Source: Minisyncoccia bacterium (GTDB taxonomy: Bacteria; Patescibacteriota; Minisyncoccia; Phycocordibacterales; UBA918). From it: a stretch of DNA of 64,000 bases. Below are positions 19,887-29,221 of this stretch, one piece after another. The DNA is taken from NCBI GenBank assembly GCA_041750655.1, contig JBGSYZ010000017.1:68142-132141 (forward strand). Direction: 5' to 3'. Position numbers and translations under genes: made by a program. Below the pieces are notes generated by a model. That model was not told the DNA's origin. It was given only the letters and a program-made list of their open reading frames with translations, and made no database searches. The first letter of the stretch is position 1, and every line of letters starts with the position of its first letter.

Positions 19887-20762
19887 TTATTGTACCATCA
19901 GTACACTGTAACGAATGGTTTGGTACTGGTCTTGATAACTGGTTGGTGCAAAACCAAACTCATGAGCCAAGAGAGAAATTTCACTTGTCTGTTCTGGTTC
20001 GTGTTCAATCCAGAGTTGTCCGCCTGGTTTTAAGAAATGTTCCGCTTGAGAAATAATTTTGGAGATAATCTCCATACCATTATTACCACCATAAAGTGCG
20101 AGCGGTGGTTCAAAATCTTTCACTGATTTTTCTGCTCGGTCTATTTTTGGATCTATGTAAGGTGGGTTTGTTAAAATGAAGTCAAATTGGCCAGAGATGT
20201 TTTCAAACAGGTTTGATTGAAAGACTTGGTAGCGGGTACAAGAGATTTCGTTTGCTTCCAAATTTTTACCAATTGTGGGGAGGTGAGCCTTGTCGATTTC
20301 TCCAAAGGTGACGTGGGCTTCAGGTACGGCTTTAGCTACGGCTACACCAATAGCTCCTGAACCAGCACAGAGGTCAAGAAGCTTTACTGGCGCAGCAGGC
20401 TCATCGTCTTGCCGCTGCCTGCCAAGCGACTCCGCTTCAAGACGATGAGCCTGCTGCTTAATAGCGCTAATCGCTTTCTCTACCCAATACTCAGTTTCTG
20501 TTCTGGGAATAAGCGTAAATTTCTTTACGCTTATTCCGGTCCTGTCTCCAGACAAGAATTTCCGATGTCGTTTAGACGAGGAAATAGGTGGAATTAAATC
20601 TGTCTCACCACTGAGATATATCTTACAGTTAAGAAAGGGAACATAACCAATCACATACCCGAGTGGCTCGCCGGTATGCAGGCGCTCGCAATCGGTGAAA
20701 AAACCTTCAGTTTTTTCACCTTTATATTTTTCCGCAAGCAGCCACTGTTCATCTTTTGTCAT
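19887..20762 (-). CDS. prmC: Release-factor glutamine methyltransferase carrying two in-frame palindromic insertions
   Basis: GEPLGYVIG, LIPRTETE, LDLCAGSGAIG, NPPY, EPPLALYGG; ATGA overlap with the fur stop. Confidence 0.93.
   Translation of the reverse strand: MTKDEQWLLAEKYKGEKTEGFFTDCERLHTGEPLGYVIGYVPFLNCKIYLSGETDLIPPISSSKRHRKFLSGDRTGISVKKFTLIPRTETEYWVEKAISAIKQQAHRLEAESLGRQRQDDEPAAPVKLLDLCAGSGAIGVAVAKAVPEAHVTFGEIDKAHLPTIGKNLEANEISCTRYQVFQSNLFENISGQFDFILTNPPYIDPKIDRAEKSVKDFEPPLALYGGNNGMEIISKIISQAEHFLKPGGQLWIEHEPEQTSEISLLAHEFGFAPTSYQDQYQTIRYSVLMVQ
20392..20457. repeat. Perfect 20-bp inverted repeat inside prmC
   Basis: GCAGCAGGCTCATCGTCTTG (20392-20411) / CAAGACGATGAGCCTGCTGC (20438-20457); span 66 bp = 22 codons. 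Confidence 0.9.
20506..20618. repeat. Multi-hairpin insertion inside prmC
   Basis: Perfect 14-bp stem GGAATAAGCGTAAA/TTTACGCTTATTCC plus TGTCT/AGACA, ATTTCC/GGAAAT and TGTCTCA/TGAGATA hairpins; encodes about 30 extra aa between KIYL and LIPR. Confidence 0.8.
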
Positions 20763-21118
20763 AGATGATTTGGATTTTTGCACGAACCGCGGACAATGAT
20801 TTCCATTTCCTCAATTTTGAAGTCTTGCGGTTCAAGTAATTTTAAAATTTTTTTATCTGGGGCTTTAAAATGAATTACTTTTTCACAATTAACACAAACC
20901 GCATGATGGTGTGGCTGGTTTTGGTATTCGTACTGAGCTTCCTCAGTACCGATATGGATTTGTTTAATTAATTTCTCTTGCAAAAACAAATCAAGATTTC
21001 GGTATATGGTCACCAAATCTATAGTGGGCAAGTGTTTATGAATATCAGCAGCCGATAGGGAGCCTTTATGTTTCCTTAAGATATCTAATATTTGTTTGCG
21101 TTTTATGGTTAGTCTCAT
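20759..21118 (-). CDS. Fur-family regulator (probably Zur)
   Basis: TIYRNLDLF helix, HHHAVCVNC, C-terminal CKN; divergent from a ZIP transporter. Confidence 0.92.
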   Translation of the reverse strand: MRLTIKRKQILDILRKHKGSLSAADIHKHLPTIDLVTIYRNLDLFLQEKLIKQIHIGTEEAQYEYQNQPHHHAVCVNCEKVIHFKAPDKKILKLLEPQDFKIEEMEIIVRGSCKNPNHL

Positions 21119-21180
21119 ATGCAAGTGATTTGCATCTTACCAACTTTTTGTTACACTGGCAATTGCAAATTAGTTGCAAT
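21119..21180. promoter_or_regulatory. Two TGCAA-N5-TTGCA operator palindromes (putative Zur/Fur boxes)
   Basis: ATGCAAGTGATTTGCAT (21119-21135) and ATTGCAAATTAGTTGCAAT (21162-21180) between fur and ZIP. Confidence 0.7.
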
Positions 21181-21205
21181 TAATGTTTACCTACCAATTT
21201 AGTTT

Positions 21206-22000
21206 ATGATGTTTGAAGCACTAATAGCTGGAGTACTGGTTGCCCTTACCTCACTTACCGGAGTTTTTTTCTTTAAAAACAACAAGAAGCTTCTCGGTGC
21301 ACAACGATACGTCGTGCCGATAGCAGTAGGGGTTTTCTTGAGTTTGGTTCTTTATGAACTTATTCCAGAAACCTTAGAACAGTCTCCACAATGGGGCGGT
21401 ATAGCCGTGGCTTTTGGTTTTATAACTTTTTATATATTAGCCAACTATCTTCATAAAAAATATCACCACTTAGAAGCAGATGACTGTGATCGCAAGGGAG
21501 CGGCGGCTCTGCTTCTTATTGGAGATGGTATTCACAATATCTCTGACGGAGTAGTGCTCGGTGGGGCGTTTTTAATCGATCCAACGGTGGGCTGGGCGAC
21601 AGCGGCGGCGCTCGCGCTTCATGAGATTCCCCAAGAGATAGTGGAGTTCGGGGTTTTGATACGCGCTGGCTACACAAGAAGCGCCGCCGCTCTCTACAAC
21701 TTAATATCAGCCAGCAGCATTATTCTAGGGTTAATCATGATTGTGGTTATATCAGAATATGCTAATGGATATATTTGGATAATTACTGGTATTGCGGCGG
21801 GCAATTTACTTTTCCTGGCCGCTAGTGACTTGCTGCCTCGTATTCACGGTAACCTAAAAAATTACGGTAGCATTTGGCACTCTACTTTTTCAATAATCAT
21901 TGGTTTTGTAATAATGACTACAGTACTTATTTGGACCCATGAACACTTTCATCTCCATGAAGGTCAACACGATGAAATTCACAATGAAACTCATCTTTAA
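21206..22000 (+). CDS. ZIP-family metal (zinc) transporter
   Basis: DGIHNISDG, LHEIPQE, DLLP motifs; His-rich tail. Confidence 0.93.
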   Translation: MMFEALIAGVLVALTSLTGVFFFKNNKKLLGAQRYVVPIAVGVFLSLVLYELIPETLEQSPQWGGIAVAFGFITFYILANYLHKKYHHLEADDCDRKGAAALLLIGDGIHNISDGVVLGGAFLIDPTVGWATAAALALHEIPQEIVEFGVLIRAGYTRSAAALYNLISASSIILGLIMIVVISEYANGYIWIITGIAAGNLLFLAASDLLPRIHGNLKNYGSIWHSTFSIIIGFVIMTTVLIWTHEHFHLHEGQHDEIHNETHL

Positions 22001-22035
22001 TTTAAGATAAATATTAATCTGCTAGACTATCAACC

Positions 22036-23166
22036 ATGGTTTTAAAATTTTGGCTAAAAGTAATTTTGTTTGTGTTGATTTTAGTCCCTAATCTCAACTT
22101 TGCGCAAGAAATACATAACGAGTTTCAAGGTACGTGGCGTGGTGAAGTAGCAAAAATTTTGCAAGAAGAGAACCGGCTCATTCCTGGGACAGACACTGAA
22201 CATTTGTATCAAACTATTTTGGTTAAGGTACTAGATGGACCAGAAAAGGGTGAAACCATCACTATCGAAAATGATTATTTAGAGCTAGATAAAGGTGATA
22301 AATTCTACTTTAATCACTATATATATATTGGCGGAGAGGAAGTATATGCCGTCACCACTATCGACCGCCGGGAGGCTTTACTGTTTTTCGTCTTGTTGTT
22401 CGTAGCTGCAGTAGTAGTGCTCGGTGGTTGGCAGGGTGTGCGTTCACTTGTTGCTTTGGTGGGTAGCTTTATTGCTATTTTTTATGTGTTGTTACCGGGA
22501 CTTTTGGCGGGTTGGAACCCTTTGCTTGTTAGCTCATTAGTAGCATCAGTGATTTTAGCGGCAGCCATATTTTTTACTCACGGACTCAATCGAGAATCAG
22601 CCGTAGCGTACGTTGGAACTATGCTTGCTGTTTTTCTTACCGGTTTATTGGCAATAATTGCTGTGTATATGTGCGACCTGTCTGGTTTTGTGAGTGATGA
22701 ATCAGTTTACTTAAATTTCAATACGGCTGGCAAACTTGATTTCACTGGCCTCTTACTTGGTGCCATTATCATCGGGGTACTAGGAGTACTTGATGACATA
22801 GCAGTAACTCAAGCAGCGGTTGTATCGGAGCTCTATAACAGCAACTCTAACTTAACGCGTCTTGAAGTATATCGTCGTGCCCTACGAGTTGGGAAGGAAC
22901 ACGTCGGGGCGCTTGTGAATACGTTGGTGTTAGCTTACACCGGTGTTTCGTTGCCGCTCCTGTTATATTTTTCACAATCAACAATCAGTGTGTGGTCACT
23001 AATAAATTCCGAGACGTTTGCCACCGAAATCGTTCGCGCCATTGTTGGTAGTATTGGTCTTATAATGACAGTACCTATAGTTACTGGCCTGGCTGTGTAT
23101 TACCTTAAGGGTTATGTACCAAAAAGTGGTCATAGTCACTCGCACGGACACGGCCACACTCATTAG
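22036..23166 (+). CDS. YibE/F family membrane protein
   Basis: GVLDDIAVTQ, VNTLVLAYTG, EIVRAIVGSIG; His-rich tail. Confidence 0.9.
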   Translation: MVLKFWLKVILFVLILVPNLNFAQEIHNEFQGTWRGEVAKILQEENRLIPGTDTEHLYQTILVKVLDGPEKGETITIENDYLELDKGDKFYFNHYIYIGGEEVYAVTTIDRREALLFFVLLFVAAVVVLGGWQGVRSLVALVGSFIAIFYVLLPGLLAGWNPLLVSSLVASVILAAAIFFTHGLNRESAVAYVGTMLAVFLTGLLAIIAVYMCDLSGFVSDESVYLNFNTAGKLDFTGLLLGAIIIGVLGVLDDIAVTQAAVVSELYNSNSNLTRLEVYRRALRVGKEHVGALVNTLVLAYTGVSLPLLLYFSQSTISVWSLINSETFATEIVRAIVGSIGLIMTVPIVTGLAVYYLKGYVPKSGHSHSHGHGHTH

Positions 23167-23192
23167 GGTTTAAATTTGCTATACTTAGTGCC

Positions 23193-23933
23193 ATGTCAGA
23201 TACTCCAATGCTTGAGATTAAAAATCTCACCAAAAAATACGGCAACAAAATCGCGGTTGATAATATTTCTTTGACCATTAAACGAGGAAGTTTTTTTGGC
23301 CTGCTTGGTCCCAATGGAGCAGGGAAGAGTACGACTATTCACTGTATTACAGGTATTGCACAACCAACGAGCGGACAAATATTGGTAGACGGAGTAGATG
23401 TAGTTACGGACTATAAACTAGCTCGCACGAAAGTCGGACTTTCACCACAAGAATTCAATGTTGATATTTTTGCTACCCCAGTTCAACTTATGGATTACAT
23501 TGGCGGTTATTATGGGATCCCTTCTGCTGTACGAGTAAAACGTATAGATGATCTTATAGAGCGCTTTGATTTAGAGCAGCATCGTAATGTAAAATTTCAG
23601 AAATTATCAGGTGGTCTCAAACGTCGGGCCATGCTCGGGCGAGCCTTAGTGCACACTCCAGACTTACTTATTCTCGACGAACCAACTGCTGGGGTGGATG
23701 TCGAGCAACGTCGTGACCTTTGGGCATACCTGAAAGAGATGAACGAAAAAGGCAAGACTATTATTCTCACTTCGCACTATCTGGAAGAAATTCAGTATCT
23801 TTGTAATGAAATAGCTATTATCAATCATGGCAAAATTGTTGCCGAAGGAAGCAAGGCTGATTTTATGAAAGACGGTAAGAGTGTCGAAGAGACATATCTT
23901 GAAATTACCAAAAAGGATAACGCATCAAAGTAG
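23193..23933 (+). CDS. ABC-2 transporter ATP-binding protein
   Basis: GPNGAGKST, LSGG, LILDEPTAGVD, SHY. Confidence 0.95.
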   Translation: MSDTPMLEIKNLTKKYGNKIAVDNISLTIKRGSFFGLLGPNGAGKSTTIHCITGIAQPTSGQILVDGVDVVTDYKLARTKVGLSPQEFNVDIFATPVQLMDYIGGYYGIPSAVRVKRIDDLIERFDLEQHRNVKFQKLSGGLKRRAMLGRALVHTPDLLILDEPTAGVDVEQRRDLWAYLKEMNEKGKTIILTSHYLEEIQYLCNEIAIINHGKIVAEGSKADFMKDGKSVEETYLEITKKDNASK

Positions 23934-23934
23934 T

Positions 23935-24702
23935 ATGGAAATAAATTGGATAGGCTTATACACGATGTTCAGACGCGAAGTCCAGCGCACCTTTCGTGTT
24001 GTGACACAGACACTTGTGGCGCCAGTTATTTCTGCCGCGCTCTACATTTTTATTTTTGGTACAGTTATTGGCACTCGCATAGATGACTTTGCTGGTGTCC
24101 CATATATCTCTTTTGTGTTCCCAGGAGTGCTTATGCTCTCAATCATCAACGCCAGTTTTGCAAGTGCTTCTTCCGCCTTGTATTTTATGCGTTTTACCCG
24201 TGGGATTGAAGAAATTCTCATCACTCCGTTTTCATATCTTGAGATGTTGATTGGTTTTGTTGGTAGTGCGGTCACTCGGGCGTTGTTGGTTGCGTTTCTT
24301 ATTTTAGGAGTTGGATTACTCTTTGGGGCTGTTCAATTAGAAAACCCAGTTGGCTTTGTGTTATACGTAGCGGCTATTTCTGCTATCTTTGCGATGCTCG
24401 GCATTATCGTAGCGCTCTGGGCCGAAGGTTTCGAACAACTCCAAGCACTCAATACTTTTGTAATTACACCACTTACATATCTAGGCGGTATCTTTTACTC
24501 AGTCACATTCTTACCACCACTAGCAGCGACCATCACTCACTTCAATCCGTTCTTTTACTTTGCCGACGGGATACGCAGTAGCATGATTGGGTATAGTGAA
24601 GCCAACAGTCAGATTGGGTTGTTGGTGATAGGTGGGTTAGTGCTTGGGCTAGGAATTTTGGTCACCCAACTTTTCAAGCACGGGTGGAAGATAAGAAACT
24701 GA
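23935..24702 (+). CDS. ABC-2 transporter permease (YadH-like)
   Basis: Multi-TM, PLTYLGGIFYS and NPFFY motifs; start MEINW. Confidence 0.92.
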   Translation: MEINWIGLYTMFRREVQRTFRVVTQTLVAPVISAALYIFIFGTVIGTRIDDFAGVPYISFVFPGVLMLSIINASFASASSALYFMRFTRGIEEILITPFSYLEMLIGFVGSAVTRALLVAFLILGVGLLFGAVQLENPVGFVLYVAAISAIFAMLGIIVALWAEGFEQLQALNTFVITPLTYLGGIFYSVTFLPPLAATITHFNPFFYFADGIRSSMIGYSEANSQIGLLVIGGLVLGLGILVTQLFKHGWKIRN

Positions 24703-24761
24703 TTTTTTATTTCACATAGTCCGGCGCGCAAGCGCGCCGGACTGGTATACTATTGAGCAAT

Positions 24762-25775
24762 ATGGATCATTCAAAACTCTACGAAACGGTCACTGCGTTG
24801 ATGGCGCCAGGTAAAGGAATTTTAGCGGCCGACGAAAGCAATGGAACAATGAACAAACGCCTGGCGTCTATTAATGTGCCTGAAGAAGCAGAGAACCGTC
24901 GTAAATTTCGTCAGCTAATGTTTACAGCTCCCGATATTGAAAAATATTTATCCGGAGTTATTTTATATGATTCGTCCATTCGCAATTTAACGGATGATGG
25001 TATAGCGTTTCCAGATATTTTACTGTCAAAGGGAATTATTCCTGGCATCAAAGTCGATAAAGGAACAGTGAATCTTACTAATTTCCCAGATGAAGTTATC
25101 ACCGAAGGTCTTGATGGTCTTAAAGAACGTCTTGAGGAATATTTTGATTTAGGTGCGCGGTTTGCTAAATGGCGAGCGGTCATTTCCATCACTGATGAAC
25201 TTCCCAGTGATGAATGTATTTTGGCCAACTCATTTGTTTTGGCTCGCTACGCAGCTTTATGCCAAGAAGCGGGAATTGTGCCAATGATTGAACCGGAAGT
25301 ACTACTGAATGGGTCGCACGATATAGCTCGGGCCGAAGCGGTGACTATGCACACCCTCCAGATTTTATTTAATGTTTTGAAGGAATATCGAATTGATTTA
25401 CAGAGTCTAATTTTAAAATCTAGTATGGTGCTTTCCGGCGACAAACATGCTCCGGCCTCTACTCCCGAAGAAGTGGCCGACGCTACCTTACGGACATTCC
25501 ACTTATCTGTACCACATGAAGTACCGGGTATTGTTTTCCTTTCTGGGGGTCAAGAAACTATTCGGGCTACCGAGAACCTTCAAATGATTGCCGAACGCGG
25601 CCCGCAACCATGGAAGATTACGTTTTCATACTCGCGTGCTTTGGAAGAACCAGTCCTCGCTGCGTGGCAGGGTAACGATGAAAATGTGATCAAAGCCCAA
25701 AAAATTTTACTTCATCGAGCCAAGATGAACAGCTTAGCGACTCAGGGTAAGTACGAGTCTAAACTTGAAAAATAA
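24762..25775 (+). CDS. Class I fructose-bisphosphate aldolase
   Basis: KGILAADES, PGIKVDKG, FAKWRAV, VPMIEPEV, FLSGGQ, FSYSRAL. Confidence 0.95.
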   Translation: MDHSKLYETVTALMAPGKGILAADESNGTMNKRLASINVPEEAENRRKFRQLMFTAPDIEKYLSGVILYDSSIRNLTDDGIAFPDILLSKGIIPGIKVDKGTVNLTNFPDEVITEGLDGLKERLEEYFDLGARFAKWRAVISITDELPSDECILANSFVLARYAALCQEAGIVPMIEPEVLLNGSHDIARAEAVTMHTLQILFNVLKEYRIDLQSLILKSSMVLSGDKHAPASTPEEVADATLRTFHLSVPHEVPGIVFLSGGQETIRATENLQMIAERGPQPWKITFSYSRALEEPVLAAWQGNDENVIKAQKILLHRAKMNSLATQGKYESKLEK

Positions 25776-25780
25776 TAAAT

Positions 25781-25815
25781 AAAAAGAGCCGCTCCCGGAG
25801 GGAGCGGCTCTTTTT
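25781..25815. terminator. Bidirectional intrinsic terminator
   Basis: AAAAGAGCCGCTCCC-GGA-GGGAGCGGCTCTTTT. Confidence 0.85.
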
Positions 25816-25824
25816 GTATCTGAC

Positions 25825-26034
25825 CTACTTAGCCTTTTGCTTGTACATTGTGTGAAGCTTAGCCACTGGGTTAAATTTTTTAACCTCGTACTTCTTTCCT
25901 GGGTCTTTCTTATTTTTGTTATTGAAAACAGTATAAATAACATGGCCTTTGCCAAGTCCTTCCGGTTTTTCTTCGGTTGCTTGATCTTTAGAAACACCAG
26001 CAGAAACCATCTTTATTAGTCTATCTTGTGACAT
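25825..26034 (-). CDS. rpmG: 50S ribosomal protein L33 (cysteine-free, with loop insertion)
   Basis: MSQDRLIKMVS...GHVIYT..NKNKK...KYEVKKFNPVAKLHTMYK. Confidence 0.8.
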   Translation of the reverse strand: MSQDRLIKMVSAGVSKDQATEEKPEGLGKGHVIYTVFNNKNKKDPGKKYEVKKFNPVAKLHTMYKQKAK

Positions 26035-26208
26035 AGTGGGCGTGATAATACCAGAAAGTAGGTTGGCGGTCAATCAATAGCGCGCTATACACAGATGTCA
26101 GGCCTCGTTAACAACTGTCATAAAAATAGTGTGTTAAAATGGCTTTGTTTGACGGTTCTGTCCGTCTATTTCTTCTGTTATCACTGATAGTCAAACCTCT
26201 TTTTAATT

Positions 26209-27441
26209 ATGCGCGTACTCACATTTGGATGGGAATTTCCACCAGTTAAAACAGGCGGTTTAGGGGTGGCCTGTCAAGGATTGACGCGTGAACTCTGTGG
26301 GGAGGGAATTGAAGTTTTGTTTGTGCTTCCCCGCACCCAACAAACTCAAGGTTCTGCCCAATTTCGCTTTGCAGATATAGATAAAAATATAAAAGTACGA
26401 GAAATAGAATCTCCGTTAGTGCCATACCAAAGTAGTGGCACCTCTTTTTCATATTATGACGCTGTCACCAAACAAAAACTTTTTTCAAGGAGCTTAATTG
26501 AAGAAGTGCATCGCTATGCACATCAGGCTTCTGTCATCGCTAGTCAAGAAGATTTTGACATCATCCATGCCCACGACTGGACTTCCTACCTAGCTGGCTT
26601 GGCGGCTAAAGCAGTCTCAGGAAAACCACTAGTAGTTCACGTTCATGCTACCTCGTATGATCAGGCAGCTAGTGATAACGTTGACCCAGAAATTTTTGCG
26701 ATTGAAGAACGAGCATTTCGCGAAGCAGACAGAGTCATTGCTGTTAGTCAGTTTACAAAAAACGTAATAGTTCAAAAACACGGTGCCAATCCTGATAAGG
26801 TTGATGTAATACACAACGGTTGTGACACCCATGAACCACCACGGTATCAACCGGTGTTGGCGGAACTAAAGGCGCAGGGCAAAAAAATTGTTCTCTACCA
26901 TGGTCGTATAACTATTCAAAAAGGAGTTGATTATTTTGTGAACGCAGCGCGCAGAGTGGTTGATGTAAATCCGGATGTGGTTTTTTTTATTTCTGGTTCA
27001 GGAGACATGGAGCGACAAATTATGCATCAAGTTGGAGCCATGGCCTTGTCACGCCACGTTATCTTTGCCGGTGCTTTATGGGACGAGGAGCGTGATCGTA
27101 TGTATCAAACGGCTGACTTGGTTGTGATGCCATCTGTGTCCGAACCATTTGGTTTGGTGCCACTAGAATCAATTCAACAGGGCACTGCGTCACTCATCAC
27201 TAAACAATCCGGAGTAGCTGAAGTGCTTACTCATGTGCTTAAGGTAGATTTTTGGGACGTGGAAGAAATGGCTAACAAAATTGTGGCGGCTCTCAAATAC
27301 GAAACAATGAATGGTCAGTTGGTCCGTGAAGGAAAAAAAGAAATACTCAAACTATCTTGGCATACAGCAGCCGATAAAGTAAAAAACCTTTATCAACAAC
27401 TAATACAACTTGGGACTTCTGGTTCAAGTGCGGTAGAATAG
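26209..27441 (+). CDS. GT4 glycosyltransferase (glycogen-synthase-like)
   Basis: WEFPPVKTGGLG, HAHDW, PSVSEPFGLVPLES. Confidence 0.92.
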   Translation: MRVLTFGWEFPPVKTGGLGVACQGLTRELCGEGIEVLFVLPRTQQTQGSAQFRFADIDKNIKVREIESPLVPYQSSGTSFSYYDAVTKQKLFSRSLIEEVHRYAHQASVIASQEDFDIIHAHDWTSYLAGLAAKAVSGKPLVVHVHATSYDQAASDNVDPEIFAIEERAFREADRVIAVSQFTKNVIVQKHGANPDKVDVIHNGCDTHEPPRYQPVLAELKAQGKKIVLYHGRITIQKGVDYFVNAARRVVDVNPDVVFFISGSGDMERQIMHQVGAMALSRHVIFAGALWDEERDRMYQTADLVVMPSVSEPFGLVPLESIQQGTASLITKQSGVAEVLTHVLKVDFWDVEEMANKIVAALKYETMNGQLVREGKKEILKLSWHTAADKVKNLYQQLIQLGTSGSSAVE

Positions 27442-27446
27442 AGAAC

Positions 27447-28757
27447 ATGTTAAGTGTGTGTCCCTATTTTCATGTTCACCAACCTTTTCGAGTGAAACGT
27501 TTTCGGGTTTTTGATATTGGTAACGACACCGAATACTTTAACGACGCGAGTGAAACGGATTTAAATAATCGAAGAATTGCTGAGAAGGTAGCCGACAAAT
27601 CCTACCGCCCTGCAACCAAGGTTCTCCAAGAACTTTTAGACAACCACCCTGAATTTCGTTTTGCCTTATCTTTTTCTGGCACGGCGCTCGAGCAGTTTGA
27701 AGCGTACACACCAGATGTACTGGAGTCATTTCAAAAATTAGTGTCCAGCGGACGGGTTGAGATTCTGGCCGACACTTACCATCACTCGCTGGCTTTTTTC
27801 TTTTCACAACCGGAGTTCGAAAGACAAGTAGCACTTCATGCCAAAAAAATAAAAGAGCTTTTTAATTACACACCACGGGTTTTCCGAAACACCGAACTTT
27901 CGTACCGAAACGATTTGGCTCATTGGTGTGATGCTCATGGGTACAAAGGCATCATGGCTGAAGGTTGGGATAAATACCTTGGCTGGCGTAGTCCAAATTT
28001 TGTGTATACACCAATTGGAGCTAAAAAAATTAAAGTTCTTTTAAAGAATTATAAATTGTCTGATGATGTGGCCTTTCGGTTTAGTAATCAAGGTTGGGAG
28101 AGTTGGCCACTTAATGCCGAAACCTACGCTGACTGGATTCATTCTCATCATGGCGACGGACAAACCATTAATCTGTTTATGGACTTCGAAACTTTTGGTG
28201 AACACCAATGGGAAGATACTGGTATATTTAATTTTTTGCGTGCGCTCCCAAGCACATTACTGAAGCGTGATGATACTACTTTTTTGACTCCGTCTGAGAC
28301 AATCGATGCGTATGATTCAGTCGGAGAATTTGATGTGCCAGATATTTTGACGTGGGCTGATACCGATAGAGACCTCACCGCTTGGATAGGGAATGATATT
28401 CAACGAGACGCTATCCATGCTATCTACGCCCTTGAAAGTGAAGTGTTAAAAACTCAAGATGAAGAACTTATTGAAATTTGGCGCAAGTTGCAAACCTCCG
28501 ACCATTTTTATTATATGTGTACCAAGTGGTTTAACGATGGTGACGTGCACGCGTACTTTTCACCCTATGAATCCCCATACGATGCGTATATCGCTTTCAT
28601 GAATGCGCTCTCTGATTTACAATTGAGGGTAAGCTATGCCGGCAAAGCCAGAGAAAAATTCGCCGCGAGACTGGAGGCACCTAGCACAAGTTTCTGGGGC
28701 AAACTTTTGGCGTGGATTAAGCAAATCTTTGGTCAATTCAAAACAGCGGTTTTTTAA
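27447..28757 (+). CDS. GH57 alpha-amylase family protein
   Basis: HVHQP, FRNTEL, MDFETFGEHQW, LQTSDHFYYM. Confidence 0.94.
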   Translation: MLSVCPYFHVHQPFRVKRFRVFDIGNDTEYFNDASETDLNNRRIAEKVADKSYRPATKVLQELLDNHPEFRFALSFSGTALEQFEAYTPDVLESFQKLVSSGRVEILADTYHHSLAFFFSQPEFERQVALHAKKIKELFNYTPRVFRNTELSYRNDLAHWCDAHGYKGIMAEGWDKYLGWRSPNFVYTPIGAKKIKVLLKNYKLSDDVAFRFSNQGWESWPLNAETYADWIHSHHGDGQTINLFMDFETFGEHQWEDTGIFNFLRALPSTLLKRDDTTFLTPSETIDAYDSVGEFDVPDILTWADTDRDLTAWIGNDIQRDAIHAIYALESEVLKTQDEELIEIWRKLQTSDHFYYMCTKWFNDGDVHAYFSPYESPYDAYIAFMNALSDLQLRVSYAGKAREKFAARLEAPSTSFWGKLLAWIKQIFGQFKTAVF

Positions 28758-28815
28758 AACACAAAGTCGGACCAAAACCACATCAGTTCTTACAAATAAT
28801 GTTCTTTCAAGTTCT

Positions 28816-29217
28816 ATGACCACAAAAAAGAAAACTACCAAAAAAGCGGTAGTCAAAAAAACAACCAAAAAATCAGTAACAAAAAATCTAACTCAAAAAG
28901 TAGCAAAAAAAGCGACGTCTAACAAATCAGACAGTGGTAAAAAACTAGTCGTTGCCACCGGCGCTAACTGTTTTTGGGTTCACAACGGCCCAATTCTGCG
29001 TGATTTAGTAGAGTTAGAAAAGGCTCTTGATGAAATGAATGAGAAAATATTTGCACATCATGTATCTGGTACACGTAACGATTTCGCAGATTGGATTCAA
29101 ATGGTTTTGAAGGATGCTGAAGCAGCTGTGGCATTCAGAAAAGCCAAAAAGCCAAAAACCGCTCGAACGGTTATCGTTAGACAACTGAAGCTTTACAAGT
29201 TACCAGTTAAAAAATAA
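28816..29217 (+). CDS. DUF5752-like protein with K/T-rich N-terminus
   Basis: Start MTTKKK; FWVHNG...FAHHV...RNDFADWI motif. Confidence 0.75.
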   Translation: MTTKKKTTKKAVVKKTTKKSVTKNLTQKVAKKATSNKSDSGKKLVVATGANCFWVHNGPILRDLVELEKALDEMNEKIFAHHVSGTRNDFADWIQMVLKDAEAAVAFRKAKKPKTARTVIVRQLKLYKLPVKK

Positions 29218-29221
29218 TTGT

